A stretch of DNA of 37,728 nt from positions 1 through 37,728 of the forward strand of contig PDRU01000080.1 in the NCBI GenBank assembly GCA_002748225.1. The letters run 5' to 3'. Of the stretch, positions 37,633 to 37,728 are shown one piece after another. Within the stretch, counting starts at the first letter, position 1. Every line of letters starts with the position of its first letter. A model generated the notes under the pieces. That model saw nothing but the letters and a program-made list of their open reading frames with translations. It made no database searches and was not told the origin of the DNA. The position numbers and the translations under genes were made by a program. The stretch comes from Spirochaetales bacterium. GTDB taxonomy: Bacteria; Spirochaetota; Spirochaetia; DSM-2461.

Positions 37633-37728
37633 TTACTGCCGTTTAACAAAACTGTTCAGCCGTTCCACCTGCGTTTCCACCAGACCGCGGGCCTCCGCCG
37701 AAGAAATAAACTTCTTAAACTGGTTAAA
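37633..37728 (-). CDS. 3' end of a convergent gene (partial); possibly an OST-HTH/LOTUS-like C-terminus
   Basis: The minus strand is open from the window edge and reads FNQFKKFISSAEARGLVETQVERLNSFVKRQ* (stop at 37633-37635). The product guess rests only on the F..FKKF...AE.RGLV pattern. Confidence 0.5.
   Translation of the reverse strand, partial: FNQFKKFISSAEARGLVETQVERLNSFVKRQ

Overview
This window is a spirochaete (Spirochaetaceae-like) chromosomal segment that is almost entirely co-directional on the + strand. It opens with the end of ftsQ, then ftsA, ftsZ, xerD, a TPR lipoprotein gene, dprA, xerC, hslV and hslU. A large periplasmic-flagellum cluster follows: flgB, flgC, fliE, fliF, fliG, fliH, fliI, fliJ, flbB, fliK, flgD, flgE, flbD, motA, motB, fliL, fliM, fliY, fliO, fliP, fliQ, fliR, flhB, flhA, flhF, flhG, a flgV-like gene, fliA, fapA, two conserved hypothetical genes and an atypical cheA. 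It ends with a ~410-bp composite palindromic repeat array and the 3' end of a convergent gene. Most of this is well-known housekeeping and motility content, and I see no clear new system. Four things stand out. (i) Four genes carry lesions in an otherwise intact cluster: fliI and the TPR lipoprotein are split between frames, the flgV-like gene has a 1-nt frameshift, and fapA has an apparent in-frame deletion. These may be real decay or assembly errors. (ii) The 250-nt leader of flgB contains mutually exclusive anti-SD pairings. (iii) The terminal repeat has a modular A-B-B-C-A-B-C layout. (iv) The compact CheA has no partner che genes in the window. Family assignments come from motifs and synteny that I recognise, not from database searches.
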